From: Eledone cirrhosa
Taxonomy: Eukaryota
Assembly: GCA_964016885.1 (NCBI GenBank)
Contig: OZ024743.1
Coordinates: forward strand, 346,208,001 to 346,272,000
DNA: 64,000 nt
Reading direction: 5' to 3'
Notes under the pieces: model-generated
What the model was told of the DNA's origin: nothing
The model's input: the letters and a program-made list of their open reading frames with translations, nothing else
Databases searched by the model: none
Position numbers and translations under genes: made by a program
Part shown: positions 39,361-53,322 of the stretch, in pieces
How the letters are laid out: the number at the start of each line of letters is the position of its first letter
Position numbering within the stretch: position 1 is the first letter of the stretch

Positions 39361-39876
39361 AAGAATGAGAAATAAGATAAATTGAGGGGTCAGGCAGGTT
39401 GGAATTTGAAAAAATGCCTTTAAATAAAAATAACAGGTCCATTCATGTTGACATCTCTTGCAAAACTCTTGGTGCTGGCGTTTGTGCATGATTTATTTTC
39501 TAGAAAAGTGGATGATGGAGCGCGTCTACCTGAAATGGAAAAAAAAAACGTTTTGTAAAAAGAGCTACACTTGTGCACGTGTGTAGGCATGTGTGTATCT
39601 GTGTGTGTGTTATATGTCCGTACGTAGCGAAGAACAAATATGTGTGCATATGAAACTAAAAGAGTGTGTGTGCATGTAAGGGTGTGTATGTGTGTACACA
39701 GAGCAGTGAAGGGAAAAGTGGAGTGAGCATATATAGTAGGTCTGTATTAGTTGCAACAGAAGATGTTAATGATCAAGAGAGAGCGATAGGAATCTAGGGG
39801 TGAATGTACAAGCGCGTGTGATAATGGACGGGGTATTAAAAAAATATATATGTATAGAAGTAATTCCACAATATTT

Positions 39877-40071
39877 AGTTCACCATACCGAGACCAAATC
39901 TTTCACCTTATTCGGATTCTTAGCTTGGTCTAAAATCCGAGCTGAGGATCCCAATAAGGTGAAACATTTGTCCTCGGTATGGGGAACTAACTGTTGTGGA
40001 ACTACTTCTACCAAACTCGTCCCATGGACAGAGTGCACTACTATTACGGATATAACGCACCAGTGTTCTAC

Positions 40072-40076
<5 letters not shown>
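39877..40076 (+). mobile_element. Short fold-back PLE derivative (family D)
   Basis: Imperfect palindrome at 39875-39990 followed by ctcgtcccatggacagagtgc and (TA)n. A sister copy lies at 60393-60515 (-). Confidence 0.7.
39937..39977 (+). ncRNA. Compact type I hammerhead ribozyme (family D)
   Basis: CCGAG-CTGAGGA-T-CC-caataa-GG-T-GAAA-CA-tt-TG-TC-CTCGG, with a GUC triplet. Confidence 0.82.
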
Positions 40077-40119
<43 letters not shown>

Positions 40120-41273
40120 TTGTGTGTTAGTGTGTGTGTGTGTGTGTGTGTTTGTGTGTTTGTGTGTGTGTGTGTGTGTTTGTGTGTTTGTGTGTAGGCA
40201 GTTTCTAAATTTTAATCTCCACAAATTGATCGATACAAGGCTATCTTATAAAGCATATACCGAGAGTGACTCCTCGAAATGGATGCTGTATACTCAACAT
40301 TAGCTATTCCACTTTTAACATTCCTCCCTATTTGTTACGAAATCTGCAATATTTACAGGCTTCTAGAAAGATCATCATTAACGTGTAAAATGTAGTCTTA
40401 CGTGAGGGACTTTCAACACCCAAAGAACTATAACCTTACATTCAAGAATAAAAAGAGTGGCTAGTGGGGCATTTTGTATTCTCAGATCATGTCCAATCAT
40501 GATTATCTTTCAACGTAAAATACTATCAGTAGATAATATTTTTGCTCTAGATGTTTACCATCTATTATCATTTTTTGGAAAATGAGCTCCAATATTTGTA
40601 AGAGACCTTATGCTTCAAACAAGTTGCTGCATCCAACAATTGGGATGGGAATTATTCTTCCTGCATATGGCATTTGTTTATAGAAATGTGTCTAATAACA
40701 ATTTGCTGTTCTTGTTTTTTGATTCTCGGCCAAATTTTATAACCGCATAATTTTAGAGTTTGTCAAAAACCACCTTATCTAATGCGTAATTTTCTTGTTT
40801 TATGACGATACGGTGGTGTTGAAATCTTTTGACAACTATATCTAGCCTGTCTAATGACCAGGTAGAGTCACTAATAATAACCTTCTATTAAAAGTACTTT
40901 GCTAAAACATGGGTAGTTATTTTTATTGAAGTTTTGAGATTCTATGATTCAAAAGTGTCGTAATCATTAGAAGCTTTCAATAATGACATTTTTCCTGAGG
41001 TTCTTCATTTGTATAGTGTTTAAAACTTATCACTAGAGAAGGCTACCATATAAGTGTCATTTGTTAAATGAGGCTTCATTAAAGATACTCAATAGAATAG
41101 ATGCTTCAGTAAGTATGTGTGCGTGTGTGTGCGTGTGTGTGTGTGAGTGTGTATGTGTGTCAATGTGTGTACATATGTAAGGATTGCCCACACGTGCATA
41201 AATATATACATTTCTTCGCAAATCTCTCTCTCTCACACACGCACGCATATATATATATGTATGTATGTGTGTG

Positions 41274-41305
<32 letters not shown>

Positions 41306-41366
41306 AAGACCGTAAAACTAATAAACCTATGTTTGCCTCTCTGTTTTTGTTTCCGTCCAAGTTTTC

Positions 41367-41821
<455 letters not shown>

Positions 41822-42122
41822 ATACTTTGGGAGGGTCATGTTGTCAATAAGAAACACACGCACCTACTGCTTTCACTTCAATTTATTATAATAAATTTAT
41901 AAATTTAGGAATTTATAAATTTCCGGTTGGTTGGATGGTTCCACAAGCAGATGTTTTTTTATATATTGTCAGAGTTCTTTCGTCACACATTATGTGACCT
42001 CTTCAGTGACTGGGGATTCTTTTCTTTGTTTTTTGTGCCTCTCCTTTGTTCTGTCCTACCTATCTTGTTTTTGTGTGTGCGCTTTTGTGTAAAGAATATT
42101 GCTAAACAAATTTAGAAACGAA

Positions 42123-42155
<33 letters not shown>

Positions 42156-42389
42156 GTAATAATAATAAATTTGAAGACTAAAATCCAAAGAGGGCTCGAT
42201 AAGGATAAATATATATTAAATATATAAGAACCGTAGAGCAAATATTTATATCCACTTCTGCGTTTACAGATTGACTTTGTTAGTTTCAGAAGATCTCGTT
42301 AAGGGTGAAAACAGCGATTATTTGCTTAAACTTTAATCTGTTATTTTAATAAATATATATATATATATATATCTGGCAACCTATATCAA

Positions 42390-44153
42390 GTGGAGCGCAG
42401 TACTTACTATCAACTACTACATAATGCTGTAACTAAGGATTACCGTAAAACTAATCGGTGCGTCATCAATGAAATCAACGATGCTGGGGTTCAAATCACA
42501 TCTCATCTCAACTTCCTGGACCGGACCGAACCTCTGGACCCTATTTCTCCCCACTTTACCCTGAAGGATCACAAATCCAATTTTCCGAACAACCCCTCTA
42601 TTCGGCTTATTAACCCTACGAAGTTCGATTTAGGTAGACTTAGTAAAACGATTCTTGATAGAATTATACCTGAAATTAGAAGTTTGGCCCCTCTTGCACT
42701 GTGGAACAATTCCTTCGCGGTGATTGATTGGGTCAACGGCATATGTAACAAGGAACATTGCCGTTTTATCCAATTCGACATCAACAATTACTACTCCTCT
42801 ATCACTTTACCACTTCTCCTTCGAGCTCTCAATTTCGCTAAAACACTCACAGTGGTTAAGGATTTCGAATTTGATGTCATCCTCAATGCCCGAAAGTCGG
42901 TGATTAATTTCAACGACTCTATTTGGATTAAAGAATCAAATAGTACCCCATTCGACGTGAGTATGGGCGCCAGTGATTCTGCGGAGGTTACTGATCTTAT
43001 CGGCCTTTTCCTTCTTTTCTCTATCAAGGACGAATTCCCCAACGCGGGCGGTGGTTTGTACCGTGACGATGGTCTTTTGACCATGACTAAGTGCGGACCT
43101 CGTGCTTGCGACAGGTTCAGAAAAGAACTCACAGTCTTCTTTAAAGGCTTCAACCTCTCTATACAGGTTCAGGCCAATCTCTCGGTCGTTAATTACCTCG
43201 ACGTTACCCTCAATTTATTGAATGGGTTGTATTACCCGTATAGAAAGCCGAATGATACGCTTAATTACATAAGTAAGCATTCCAACCATCCTGCCAGCAT
43301 AACCAAGAACCTGGTAAGAAACTTTTCGTTGAGGCTTTCCAGTCTTTCCACCAACGAGCGCATTTTCAACGACCATTCCACTTATTACAATGAAGCTCTT
43401 GCTCAAAGTGGATTTGTCGATAAGGTAGCATATACAGAGTACGAAAATAGACCTAGAAGAAATAGATCCCGTCGCATTTGTTGGTATAACCCACCATATA
43501 ATATGGAGGTGGCCACACCATTAGCTAAGATCTTTCTTTTCCATATTACGATGCATTTTCCCCCTACACATAAATATAGTAACATTTTTAATAGAAATAC
43601 TATTAAAATTTCTTACTCTACGACTCCTAACCTTGCACATAACATCACAGCTTCAAATTTAGCTAAACTACCTAGCCTTAGGAACACTTGCAACCCTGTA
43701 GTTAGTACTAACTGTAATTGTAGGAATCGGGTCGATTGCCCCCTATCCGGGAAATGCCTCTCTAGTAACATTGTCTACAAATGTAAGGTTGTAACACCCA
43801 CATCCCGTAGGGCCTACATAGGGTTAACCGCCAATAGATTCAAGCAGCGTCTTTACATGCATACCCATTATTTTCGTTACCCTCTAAGAAGGAATATGAC
43901 GTCACTTTCAGCTTATATCTGGAGTCTAAAAGACAACCACACCCAATATAAGTTACACTGGTAGATCCTAGCTAGGGCTAGATCGTATAACGGAAATAAA
44001 AGACCATGTGACCTCTGCGCCGCTGAGGCCCTAGAAATACTCTACGCCACTTACCACATCTTAAACAAACAATCTGAGGCAATTTCGGCTTGTAAACATA
44101 AATTGCACAAAACTTTCCTGTATTTCAGCCCCACGTTATACCCTAACGGATAG
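42390..44153 (+). pseudogene. PLE reverse transcriptase + C-terminal GIY-YIG endonuclease, with one in-frame TAG at 43962-43964
   Basis: LKDHK..RLINP, FIQFDINNYYSSI, FDVSMGASDSAEV, LYRDDGL, NYLDVTLNL, CNCR..CPL..C, IVY..AYIGLT..FKQR..H. The frame continues after the TAG as ILARARSY..CDLC..E..LNKQSE..CKH to a stop at 44151-44153. No ATG start. Confidence 0.93.
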
Positions 44154-45067
44154 TACGATCTATACGTGGATATTTTACGTCTCGATGTGGGAGCTAAGTA
44201 TATGATTTGTTTATACCTTTACTTATTTGCATATATTACCCGTATGTTTTGTGAAGGTACGTATACCTTCTCGTAAGTATATTTGATTGTTATGGCGTAT
44301 AATTTTATATATTCTGGTACATATGGTTTGGCTATGTGTATACGGGAGTTTTGCGTCTGTGTGAGTATGCAGGTGTGTACGTATGTAGGGTGTGTGTATA
44401 TGTGTACTTCATATTTTGGTTCCACTTACGTCTCCGAACATTCGTGTATTTACATGTAGGTATGTGTGTGCGCTTTTTATATACGTATTTATTTATATAC
44501 GTTTATATAATTATTTACTTATTTGTATACACGCATACACACACACATATTTATACGTGCGTGGTTTGTATACCTATGGTAAGTTTTTGCGTATGCTTGT
44601 GTATGTACGTATTTGTTTGCGTGTATGCATTTTTTTATTTCTATTACTTCTGTATCGTATTTATTTACTTTGTTCTTAACTCTGTAGCGGAGATTCATTC
44701 GGTCTCCTAGTTAGAATTTTACTCTACGACTTCTGCTATACCAATTACGTGGTTTTGTCTTTGCGTGCTATTGTTCTCCACGCCCGACATATGACGTATT
44801 ATCTTCGTTTTTTTCGTTCATTGCCAGAGTACGCCTCTGTGCACCACGTAAGAGAACATTAGTCTACGACCTCTTTTATACCATAAACGTGGTTCTGTCT
44901 TTGCGCGTAATTGTTTTTCACCGTTCCTATTAATGACGTATTATATTCGTTTTTTCCCGTTCTTTGCCAGGGAACGTTTCCACGAACCAAAGTATCGTCT
45001 TCCTGTCTTCCTCCGGTTGCAACGTTTTTTCAAATATCCAGTTCTGCGTTTACAGATTGACTTTGTT

Positions 45068-45118
45068 AGTTTCAGAAGATCCCGTTAAGGGTGAAAGCAG
45101 CGATTCTTTGCTTAAACT
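45068..45118 (+). ncRNA. Hammerhead-like motif with variant core CAGAAGA (family E)
   Basis: AGTTT-CAGAAGA-T-CCC-gttaa-GGG-T-GAAA-GCAG-cgattct-TTGC-TT-AAACT. Other copies at 42282-42332, 45627-45677 (-), 38783-38830 (-) and 61170-61220. Confidence 0.65.
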
Positions 45119-45254
45119 TTAATCAATTATTTTAATAAATATTTGCTCTACGGTTCTTATATATTTGATATATATTTATCCTTATCGAGCCCTCTTTGGA
45201 TTTTTTGTCTTCAAATTTATTATTATTACATATATATATATATAAATATACATG

Positions 45255-45415
<161 letters not shown>

Positions 45416-45431
45416 GTATTGTATATATATA

Positions 45432-45490
<59 letters not shown>

Positions 45491-45504
45491 CATGTATATT
45501 TATA

Positions 45505-46610
45505 TATATATATATGTAATAATAATAAATTTGAAGACAAAAAATCCAAAGAGGGCTCGATAAGGATAAATATATATCAAAATATATAAGAACCGTAGAG
45601 CAAATATTTATTAAAATAACTGATAAAGTTTAAGCAAAGAATCGCTGCTTTCACACTTAACGGGATCTACTGAAATTAACAAAGTCATTCTGTAAACGCA
45701 GAACTGGATATTTCAAAAAACGTTGCAACCGGAGGAAGACAGGAAGACGATACTTTGGTTCGTGGAAACGTTTGCTGGCAAAGAACGGGAAAAAACGAAT
45801 ATAATACGTCATTAATAGGAGCGGTGAAAAACAATTACGCGCAAAGACAGGACCACGTTTATGGTATAAGAGAGGTCGTAGACTAATGTTCTCTTAGGTG
45901 GTTCATAGAGACGTTCTCTGGCATTGAACGAAAAAAACGAAGATAATACGTCATATGTGGAGCGTAGAGAACAATTGCACGCAAAGACAAAACCACGTAA
46001 ATGGTATAGCAGAAGTCGTAGACTAAAATTCTAACTAGGAGACCGAATGAATCTCCGCTTCAGAGTGAAGAATAAAGTAAATAAATACAATACAGAGGTA
46101 ATAGAAATTAAATAAATACATACACGCAAACAGAAACGTACATACACAAGCATACGCTAAAACACTTACCATAGGTATACAAAACCACGCACATATAAAT
46201 GTGTGTGTGTGTGTGTGTGTGCGTGTATACAAATAAATAAATAATTAAATAAACGTATATAAATAAATAAATACGTATATAACAAGCGCACACACATACC
46301 TACATGTAAATACACACATGTTCGGAGACGTAAGTCAACAAAAACATGATGTACACATATACACACACCTTACATACGTAAGAACCTGCATAATCACACA
46401 GACGCAAAACTCCCGTATACACATAACCAAACCATATGTACCAGAATATATAAAATTATACGCCATAACATATACAATCAAATATACGTACGAGAAAGTA
46501 TACGTACCTTCACAAAACATACAGGTAATATATACTTACCTATGCAAATAAGTAATGGTCTAAACATAACATATACTTAGCTACCACATCAAGACGTAAA
46601 ATATCCAGTC
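45505..46610 (-). mobile_element. Second, diverged copy of the family E 3' UTR, tail-to-tail with the first across (TA)n
   Basis: Reverse complement of about 44165-45230 with scattered substitutions. Confidence 0.9.
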
Positions 46611-46709
46611 TATGTGTGTGTGTGTTAGTAAGTGTGTGTGTATGTGTGTGTGTATGTATATATATATATATATATATACATACACACACACATACACACA
46701 CACATACTA

Positions 46710-46745
<36 letters not shown>

Positions 46746-46748
<3 letters not shown>

Positions 46749-46939
46749 GGAACCAGTAAGACCCCGACAGCTGAGCTCAAGCCGTTTCGACGGCTAATTC
46801 TGAGTCCAGAATTAGCCGTCGAAACGGCTTGAGCTCAGCTGTCGGGGTCTTACTGGTTCCTATTACCCACTCTACTACCTCAAGTATTGAGTACTTTGGT
46901 GCGTTATGGTCCACCTGGTTCCTTACCACATATCCTTCG

Positions 46940-46941
<2 letters not shown>
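46746..46941 (+). mobile_element. Family B fold-back element (perfect ~57-bp palindrome arms plus 3' tail) in (TA)n
   Basis: Arms at 46746-46802 and 46807-46863, loop agtc. Confidence 0.85.
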
Positions 46942-46995
<54 letters not shown>

Positions 46996-47399
46996 ATGTA
47001 TCTTCCTTAACTCTTTATACTTCTACCTTGTCATGTAGTGTATGCAATGATTGTCGTGTCAATTATCTCTCATATTTCTCTGTATATCCCTTTCACTTCT
47101 TTTGCCCCTTATTCTGTTTCACCCCTGTATCCCCATGTCCGTCCCTCCCAATCTGTACAATATATATACAGATTCTCACTGTATTTATATTTATATATCT
47201 ATATATATATATACATATATATGATGGCTACCCCCTCGTTATCGAGTATGGCCATTGCGCGATATAACATTATTAATAATTATTAATTAATTATATCGTG
47301 CAATGCCTGTGCGTGAAGATTTATTTTAAAGTGAGGAAAGACTGTGCACTGAGCCAATCCCATTCTCTGAGCGACAGTAGCTATAACCCGAAAAGAAGA

Positions 47400-48045
47400 A
47401 AAGATCAAGACGTAGGTTTTATGTTGGAGTTATCCTAGTTTCTTTAGTTGCCTTCACCTAGAAGAATGCCCTGACACTTCACTCCCAGTGGTTTAACCGC
47501 GCGATCGGGTATCCTGTCTGACTATTTCTCGTCCGCAAACGTGTCTTCGTAGAACAGCTGCAGACCTGCGTGGTTTATGACACACATGACAGAAGAGAGT
47601 TGTGCTGTCCACAGGATTGGTGGCATAACTTTGTGGGATACAAACGTTTTGCACCACCACGTGCTTTTTAGTCCGAAACTAGTTCTATAAACTTTGATGC
47701 ATACTATGCACATTGTTTCACAAGGTTTTTGTTAAGTGGTGTTGCGGGTGGTTACTCTTTCATGTGTGGCTTTAGGTGATTAACCTATCCAGCTTTTGAG
47801 AGGGGCACACGTTGACAGAATATGCATGTCCAACTACTGATATCTTCATCAAGTCTGTGACCATAAACCTTCTGGAGCTGGTACTTCAGTTGTTTATGTT
47901 CTATATGACATCCTCCAAACGTTTTGCAATTGTCCTTTATATGTTTTCTCCACTCAGTCCGCTTTAGATATTTCTCTGCTCTGTTTTCTATATCAAATGC
48001 CAGATCTTTGAGTGTATTCTTGATGAGGTAGTTGTACCCTATACG
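47400..48045 (-). mobile_element. RTE-like LINE 3' fragment with C-terminal zinc finger
   Basis: IKNTLK..RTEWRKHI..WTCIFCQRVPLSKAG*VNHLKPH. Confidence 0.65.
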
Positions 48046-48449
48046 TAGATACATATATACTTGCATGCATGCATACATACATACATCTATACATGTATGA
48101 GTACATGCGTACAAACATACATGTACATATAAATACGCATATGTTCTATTTGGCATAACGATATACACATGAATATATATAATATATTGAATGAGCAAAG
48201 AAACAGATAGACAGTCATAAGGCATGTGTTGTTTCTCATTTCGAAAAATATATGCATGAATGCAGATCCATTGTTGTGTATATGGTTAAAGAACAGTGTA
48301 AAGACATAACGTTTAATAAAACCCTGGATTTGGTTGGACTCGGCGTTTCAAGGTTATAATGAAAAAAGAAAAGAAACGAAACGCTACATAAATCCATGTA
48401 CGAAGATATTATGAATGCTTATTAGAAAAATAATCGCCAAAATTGCTCT

Positions 48450-49210
48450 AATGGCATTTACAATATTCTTCAAATATTTCTTTTTGAGTCATAAAAGAAA
48501 TGGAGGCCTACAATCTGAACATATTAGCCCTCAGTGAACTCCGTTTGTCTGATAGAGAAAGTTTTAGATCGAATGACATGACTATTTTCTTCCCAGGACG
48601 TCAAGATGGAGACATCAAGATGAACTAATCCTTATGTTGGACAAGTCTGCAAACGGAGCCCTTAAGGAGTGGACACCCATAATTAAACAACATTTGACAT
48701 CAAGATTTGTTACTTAACATGTTAAAGTCAGCATACTAAGGTGCTATGCTCCTGCAAATGAACACGAATATGCCTACAATGATGCATTCTATTAACAACT
48801 TCAGGGCGCAGTCAACGTGATACCCCGTTATGATTTTGACAACATCATGCAGGATATGAATGCCTAGATGTGGCGAAGTATAAATGGGATCCTGATAGAC
48901 CACTTTACGATTGTACCTGTTTGTGTGTACCCTATTTACAAGATATTAGAGTATATTAAGGCACATATGTCCCCGCCGACCACCTAGTAACACCAAAATT
49001 AAGATCAAACCGAGGACGCAGAAGTAAAGACATCATTATTCAGGAAGTTTGACATTACCAGTGTAAAAGACCCTAGGACAGCCAGCGAATTCGAGGCGAT
49101 TCTTCAAAACAGGTTCTCTGCATTAGGAACATCAGAATAGTGGACAAGCCTAAATGTATCAATGACAACAGCTGGGATAGACATACTAATGTTTGTGTTT
49201 GAAGCTTTTT
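48450..49210 (+). mobile_element. Decayed RTE-like LINE AP-endonuclease fragment
   Basis: EWTPI..TSRF..VSILRCYAPANE..FY*QLQ..IMQDMNA. Confidence 0.7.
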
Positions 49211-49960
49211 GTAATTGTGAGGAGTCGCGCGCTGAATCAATCCCGCTCTCAGAACAACGGTGAAATGTATCCAAAAAGTTCGTCGTCGTAGTTGGCCATC
49301 GAGTCCCACGTTCTACATGAGAGTTTTCCTTCTCCTATATACATATAACGAATTAATTTGGCCAAATGGTTAAACAGTTGCAATTGTAATGTCGTGCGTG
49401 CAATTCTCGAGTTAAGCGGTTCGCATTTTTTCGCGTTGTTTTTAGCCCATTTGGCTGTCAAGGATTAACAGCAGAAGCAGCTATGTTTTAAACGTCCTAA
49501 CCTCTCTGGCCTGCCCTCAATCGCTAGAGGCGTCTAAGTTCCGGCCTGGTGAATATCAGGAACTTTAACATATTTTAACTTCTACTTATAAAATAAAATA
49601 ACGTGCTGTATGGTGATCGATAAAATACGTCTCAGATAATTATTGGCGACAATCTCATTGATCGAGTCGTACTCTCATAATATATTACCATGTGCAAATG
49701 TTAGAAAAACTACATGGCTATGAAGGTGTATCAAGTAACTAGTGTCGTGACTAAGATAACATCATCAAGACTAGACAAAATAACAGTTATTTCTCACTCA
49801 GCCACAAATATCAGGGCGGCGAGACTAATTAACAGTTAATTATCACCCAAGCACAAATATTAGAACGCTGAGACTAACAGTAGATTAGCATTCAACCACG
49901 AACAGATATATTTGTGGTAAACTCAGAAACAAAATATATACAGAAACCAAGTTTCTACAT

Positions 49961-50046
<86 letters not shown>

Positions 50047-52443
50047 GTATTAGTTTTGCAAGATTCTTGATATGAAATCGTGTATTGAAACATATATTGT
50101 TGTATTTTGGGACGGTCATTTTGCCAATAAAAACAAACACAATTCTATGACCTTCACTTCAGCTCAAACTCTCCCCTTTACAAACTCTTTCCCTCTTTCA
50201 GACAAAAACACACGCCTACACACACAAATACATTAACAACAAAGCACACGTATATCAAAAATTCTACTAATTAGAAGACGACGAATTGCGTCTCTTATAG
50301 CACATTGAATCAGAATGGGATATATTTAAATCCAAAGATAGCTAAGTGCTATAATGTCTTAAAATGTTAAGGTTCAGCTAGGCAACAGACAGCATGCTGC
50401 GGAGGAACTTCCTGCATAACATTGGAAATAGACATAAAAGTTACCAGTCGGCTCCTAAAATGTTTATATATATAATAGATGTGTATTATAATAGATGTGT
50501 ATATGAAAATATATACCATATGTTTATATACAATAAACATATGGGTATCAAAGAAAAAAATATATTTTCGGAATGAAAACATATTTTCTCAAGTTTATCA
50601 GTAACGGATTAGAATGCTAGACAGTGCTGTTTCGAGGTTTGTTAATATTTCATCAGTGACATTCACTCAACCAGCACTGACATGGAAATAGGCATGAGTC
50701 TATATAGAATTTATTACAACATTTACTGGAGATACTAATTTATATATAGCAAATAGAAAATATCGGCTGGAAATGCCTATGTACAAATAGCGCGATGTTG
50801 GCTGGTTATAATTAATTGGTATCCATACTAAATTAGTGTTTAAATATAATAGCTTCTGTATGAAAACAGCGTTGTCTGGCATTCTCGACCGCATTTATAA
50901 TTCAGTGACATGATCACTAAGAAAGATTGAGATAAATATACTTTCGTCACGAACAAATATGGTCTTCTTTGATAGCAAGGCTACTCATTGTATAGAAACG
51001 TTTTCATTTACACCCATATTATGCTTAAACGCTGTTTTAGTGCTACTACTAATATATATATTGATGCGGTTATATGGAATATTCCCTCTAACCCCATTTT
51101 CTCACAATTACTCACTCAATGATACATAGTTTGAACGTTTATCGAGCCAAACCTGTCGCGGAGTGCTAACCAGGAGTGTATTTGTAATATGGTATTTGCA
51201 CCCTTTTCCCAGAACCCCAGGGTTTCTGGTAATGCAGTGAGCTTCGATAAGTGCAATTTGCAGCTTGTCGAATACAGTAGCTTGATAAAGGTAGTCAAAT
51301 TCTTACTAACTTCGTCAGCAGACCTCATCATTATCGACATAGAGTGAAGCTATTCGTTCACAGTGAGCATAAAAGAATTACTGTAAGAAGTGATGCCAGG
51401 TATGGGGGCCTATAACTCACTATAGGGCAGTGCTATATGTTGGCAAAAATAAAAAATAAAAAATCCTAATATACAGCCATAGTTTATATATGTACCAGTT
51501 TGGGGAAAATAAAAACAGAATCGTAAAGAAGCATAAGTAAAAAGAATGTTAATATAATCTACTTACATTTCTGGTTTGTTCTGTTATATATTGAAGGAAA
51601 TCTCAATAAACATTAAATTCATAGCATAATTCAACCAAATTTAAATTATGTTGGATATATGTACTTGGGAGATTCCTAAGTATATTGTACATATATACAG
51701 ATGGACAAATGAATGTATCACTTAAAGAAAGTTTCTTATACTTTCGTTTCATGGATTCCAGAATCTAGTGATTCGATTTTAATGATTGGTATCCATCCCC
51801 AATGATAAATATTGGGAATGAGCATTATTATGTCCCTGGAATACCAATATTCAGTCAGAATTAGGTCTTGTCAATATACATTTTAAACTGCACATTAACT
51901 AGATAACTGCGCAAGCAACCCGCCTGAATGAAAGCACATGGTTTTACATTAACGTCTTGCGGAAGAGAAGATATTTTACATGACTGATCATGTAAAGTGC
52001 GCAAGATAGAACCCAAGCAAGTGGTAGCTCTAACTATTTAAAATTTGGATCAGATATATACTAAAATTATGTTTAAACAATACATATCCAATATATATTG
52101 ACTATCTTACACAACAAAGAAAGCTTATTGAACATTAAACCCAGATCGTAATTTATACGAATTTAAACGATACACAAACAAAATTATTCAAAGCATTTTA
52201 TATATATATGTACATATATATAATGATAATTGCGAAGGCAGATGTAGATATTCATAACTCATTTTATTCATACACTGCCGTTATCCATATTTCTGTGGGG
52301 CTAATAAATACGTAATCCTACCAACAAGCAGCCACTTCATCAGACATTTAACATGCAAAATTCTGAATTTATTGCAGGCTATCGATAAGGAGAAAGACGA
52401 ATTCGGTGTTAGTTCTATAAGTGTCCATCGCCTTTTAGAACGA

Positions 52444-52500
<57 letters not shown>

Positions 52501-52507
52501 AGCACAC

Positions 52508-52539
<32 letters not shown>

Positions 52540-52593
52540 ATATATATATATATCATATCATATCATATTATAATCTAAACGTTTTCTCTGCAG

Positions 52594-52707
52594 GTTATTG
52601 AAACAAAGATCGTTTGTTTTCAGTCACAGTGACGATGCTATATGGAAGTTTTAATGAAAATATCTGTGTATCATCACACGAGTACTTGATATATCGATTC
52701 AGAACGG
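52594..52707 (+). other. Candidate plus-strand exon, probably non-coding or UTR
   Basis: Strong acceptor ttttctctgcAG with a branch-like tctaaac upstream and donor ACG/gtaagt. All three frames contain stops. Confidence 0.35.
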
Positions 52708-53322
52708 TAAGTAAAGTGAAAGATTTTATTACATTAAAAAACTAAGTATGTAAGTGACAATGTGAGATATCGCCGATTATTCATGTAAATCCACAGTGAC
52801 ATATTTTTGTGATTGCAATTTGTTAGTCGCTTTTATAGTTGCTGCGGTTGTTATGTTTGCTGTTGTAGTTGTTGAAGTAATGGTAGTTTTGTCTAAATTC
52901 ACCGATTATTTATAGAGAAAACAAGCAGAGCAATTAATTTCTGTAACTTACTGCAGCTGTTACAGTTCAAATAAAATCTAAGTATTCCAGGTGTTAGGAG
53001 GAATTATTTGATAACTCTGTGTATATATAGATTCTCATTAAATATATAACTTCACCAAGACGACCTGTTTTCATAATGGTAAAATCAACTGACCAACGAA
53101 AGAACTCTTACTAGATTGCTCGACCTGCTATGAATAACAGCCACATTTCCTTGAAATCGAACACCACGCTGTTATGAAGCAAAGAGCATATTCTTGAATA
53201 CACTATTACAAAGCTAAATATGATTGGCCACAAGAGGAAGGGTATTCACTGCTATCAACAGTGGTAAAATCAAACATAGAACGTGTATGATTAATTATGT
53301 AATTCTCTTGAAAAAGAGAACA

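Larger units (their letters stand above)
42119..45230 (+). mobile_element. Penelope-like retroelement (family E; probably the abbreviated Hydra-type clade), 5'-truncated, with pLTR pieces at both ends
   Basis: ORF plus a ~1.1-kb 3' UTR ending in (TA)n. Upstream, 42119-42248 is an inverted copy of the terminus and 42249-42353 is a direct copy of the hammerhead segment. Confidence 0.88.

Noticed and set aside
43962-43964. In-frame stop in the PLE ORF as possible selenocysteine or readthrough recoding
   Set aside because: The codon is TAG, not TGA, at a non-cysteine position. The homologous fragment at 18823 has a sense codon there, so it is most likely a nonsense mutation.
44720-44995. Repeat-spacer pattern as a CRISPR-like array
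   Set aside because: Only two diverged ~140-bp tandem units in a eukaryotic retroelement UTR, with no spacers or cas genes.
51116-51383. 74-aa ORF / possible minus-strand exon
   Set aside because: No recognisable homology, and the frames from the acceptor contain stops.
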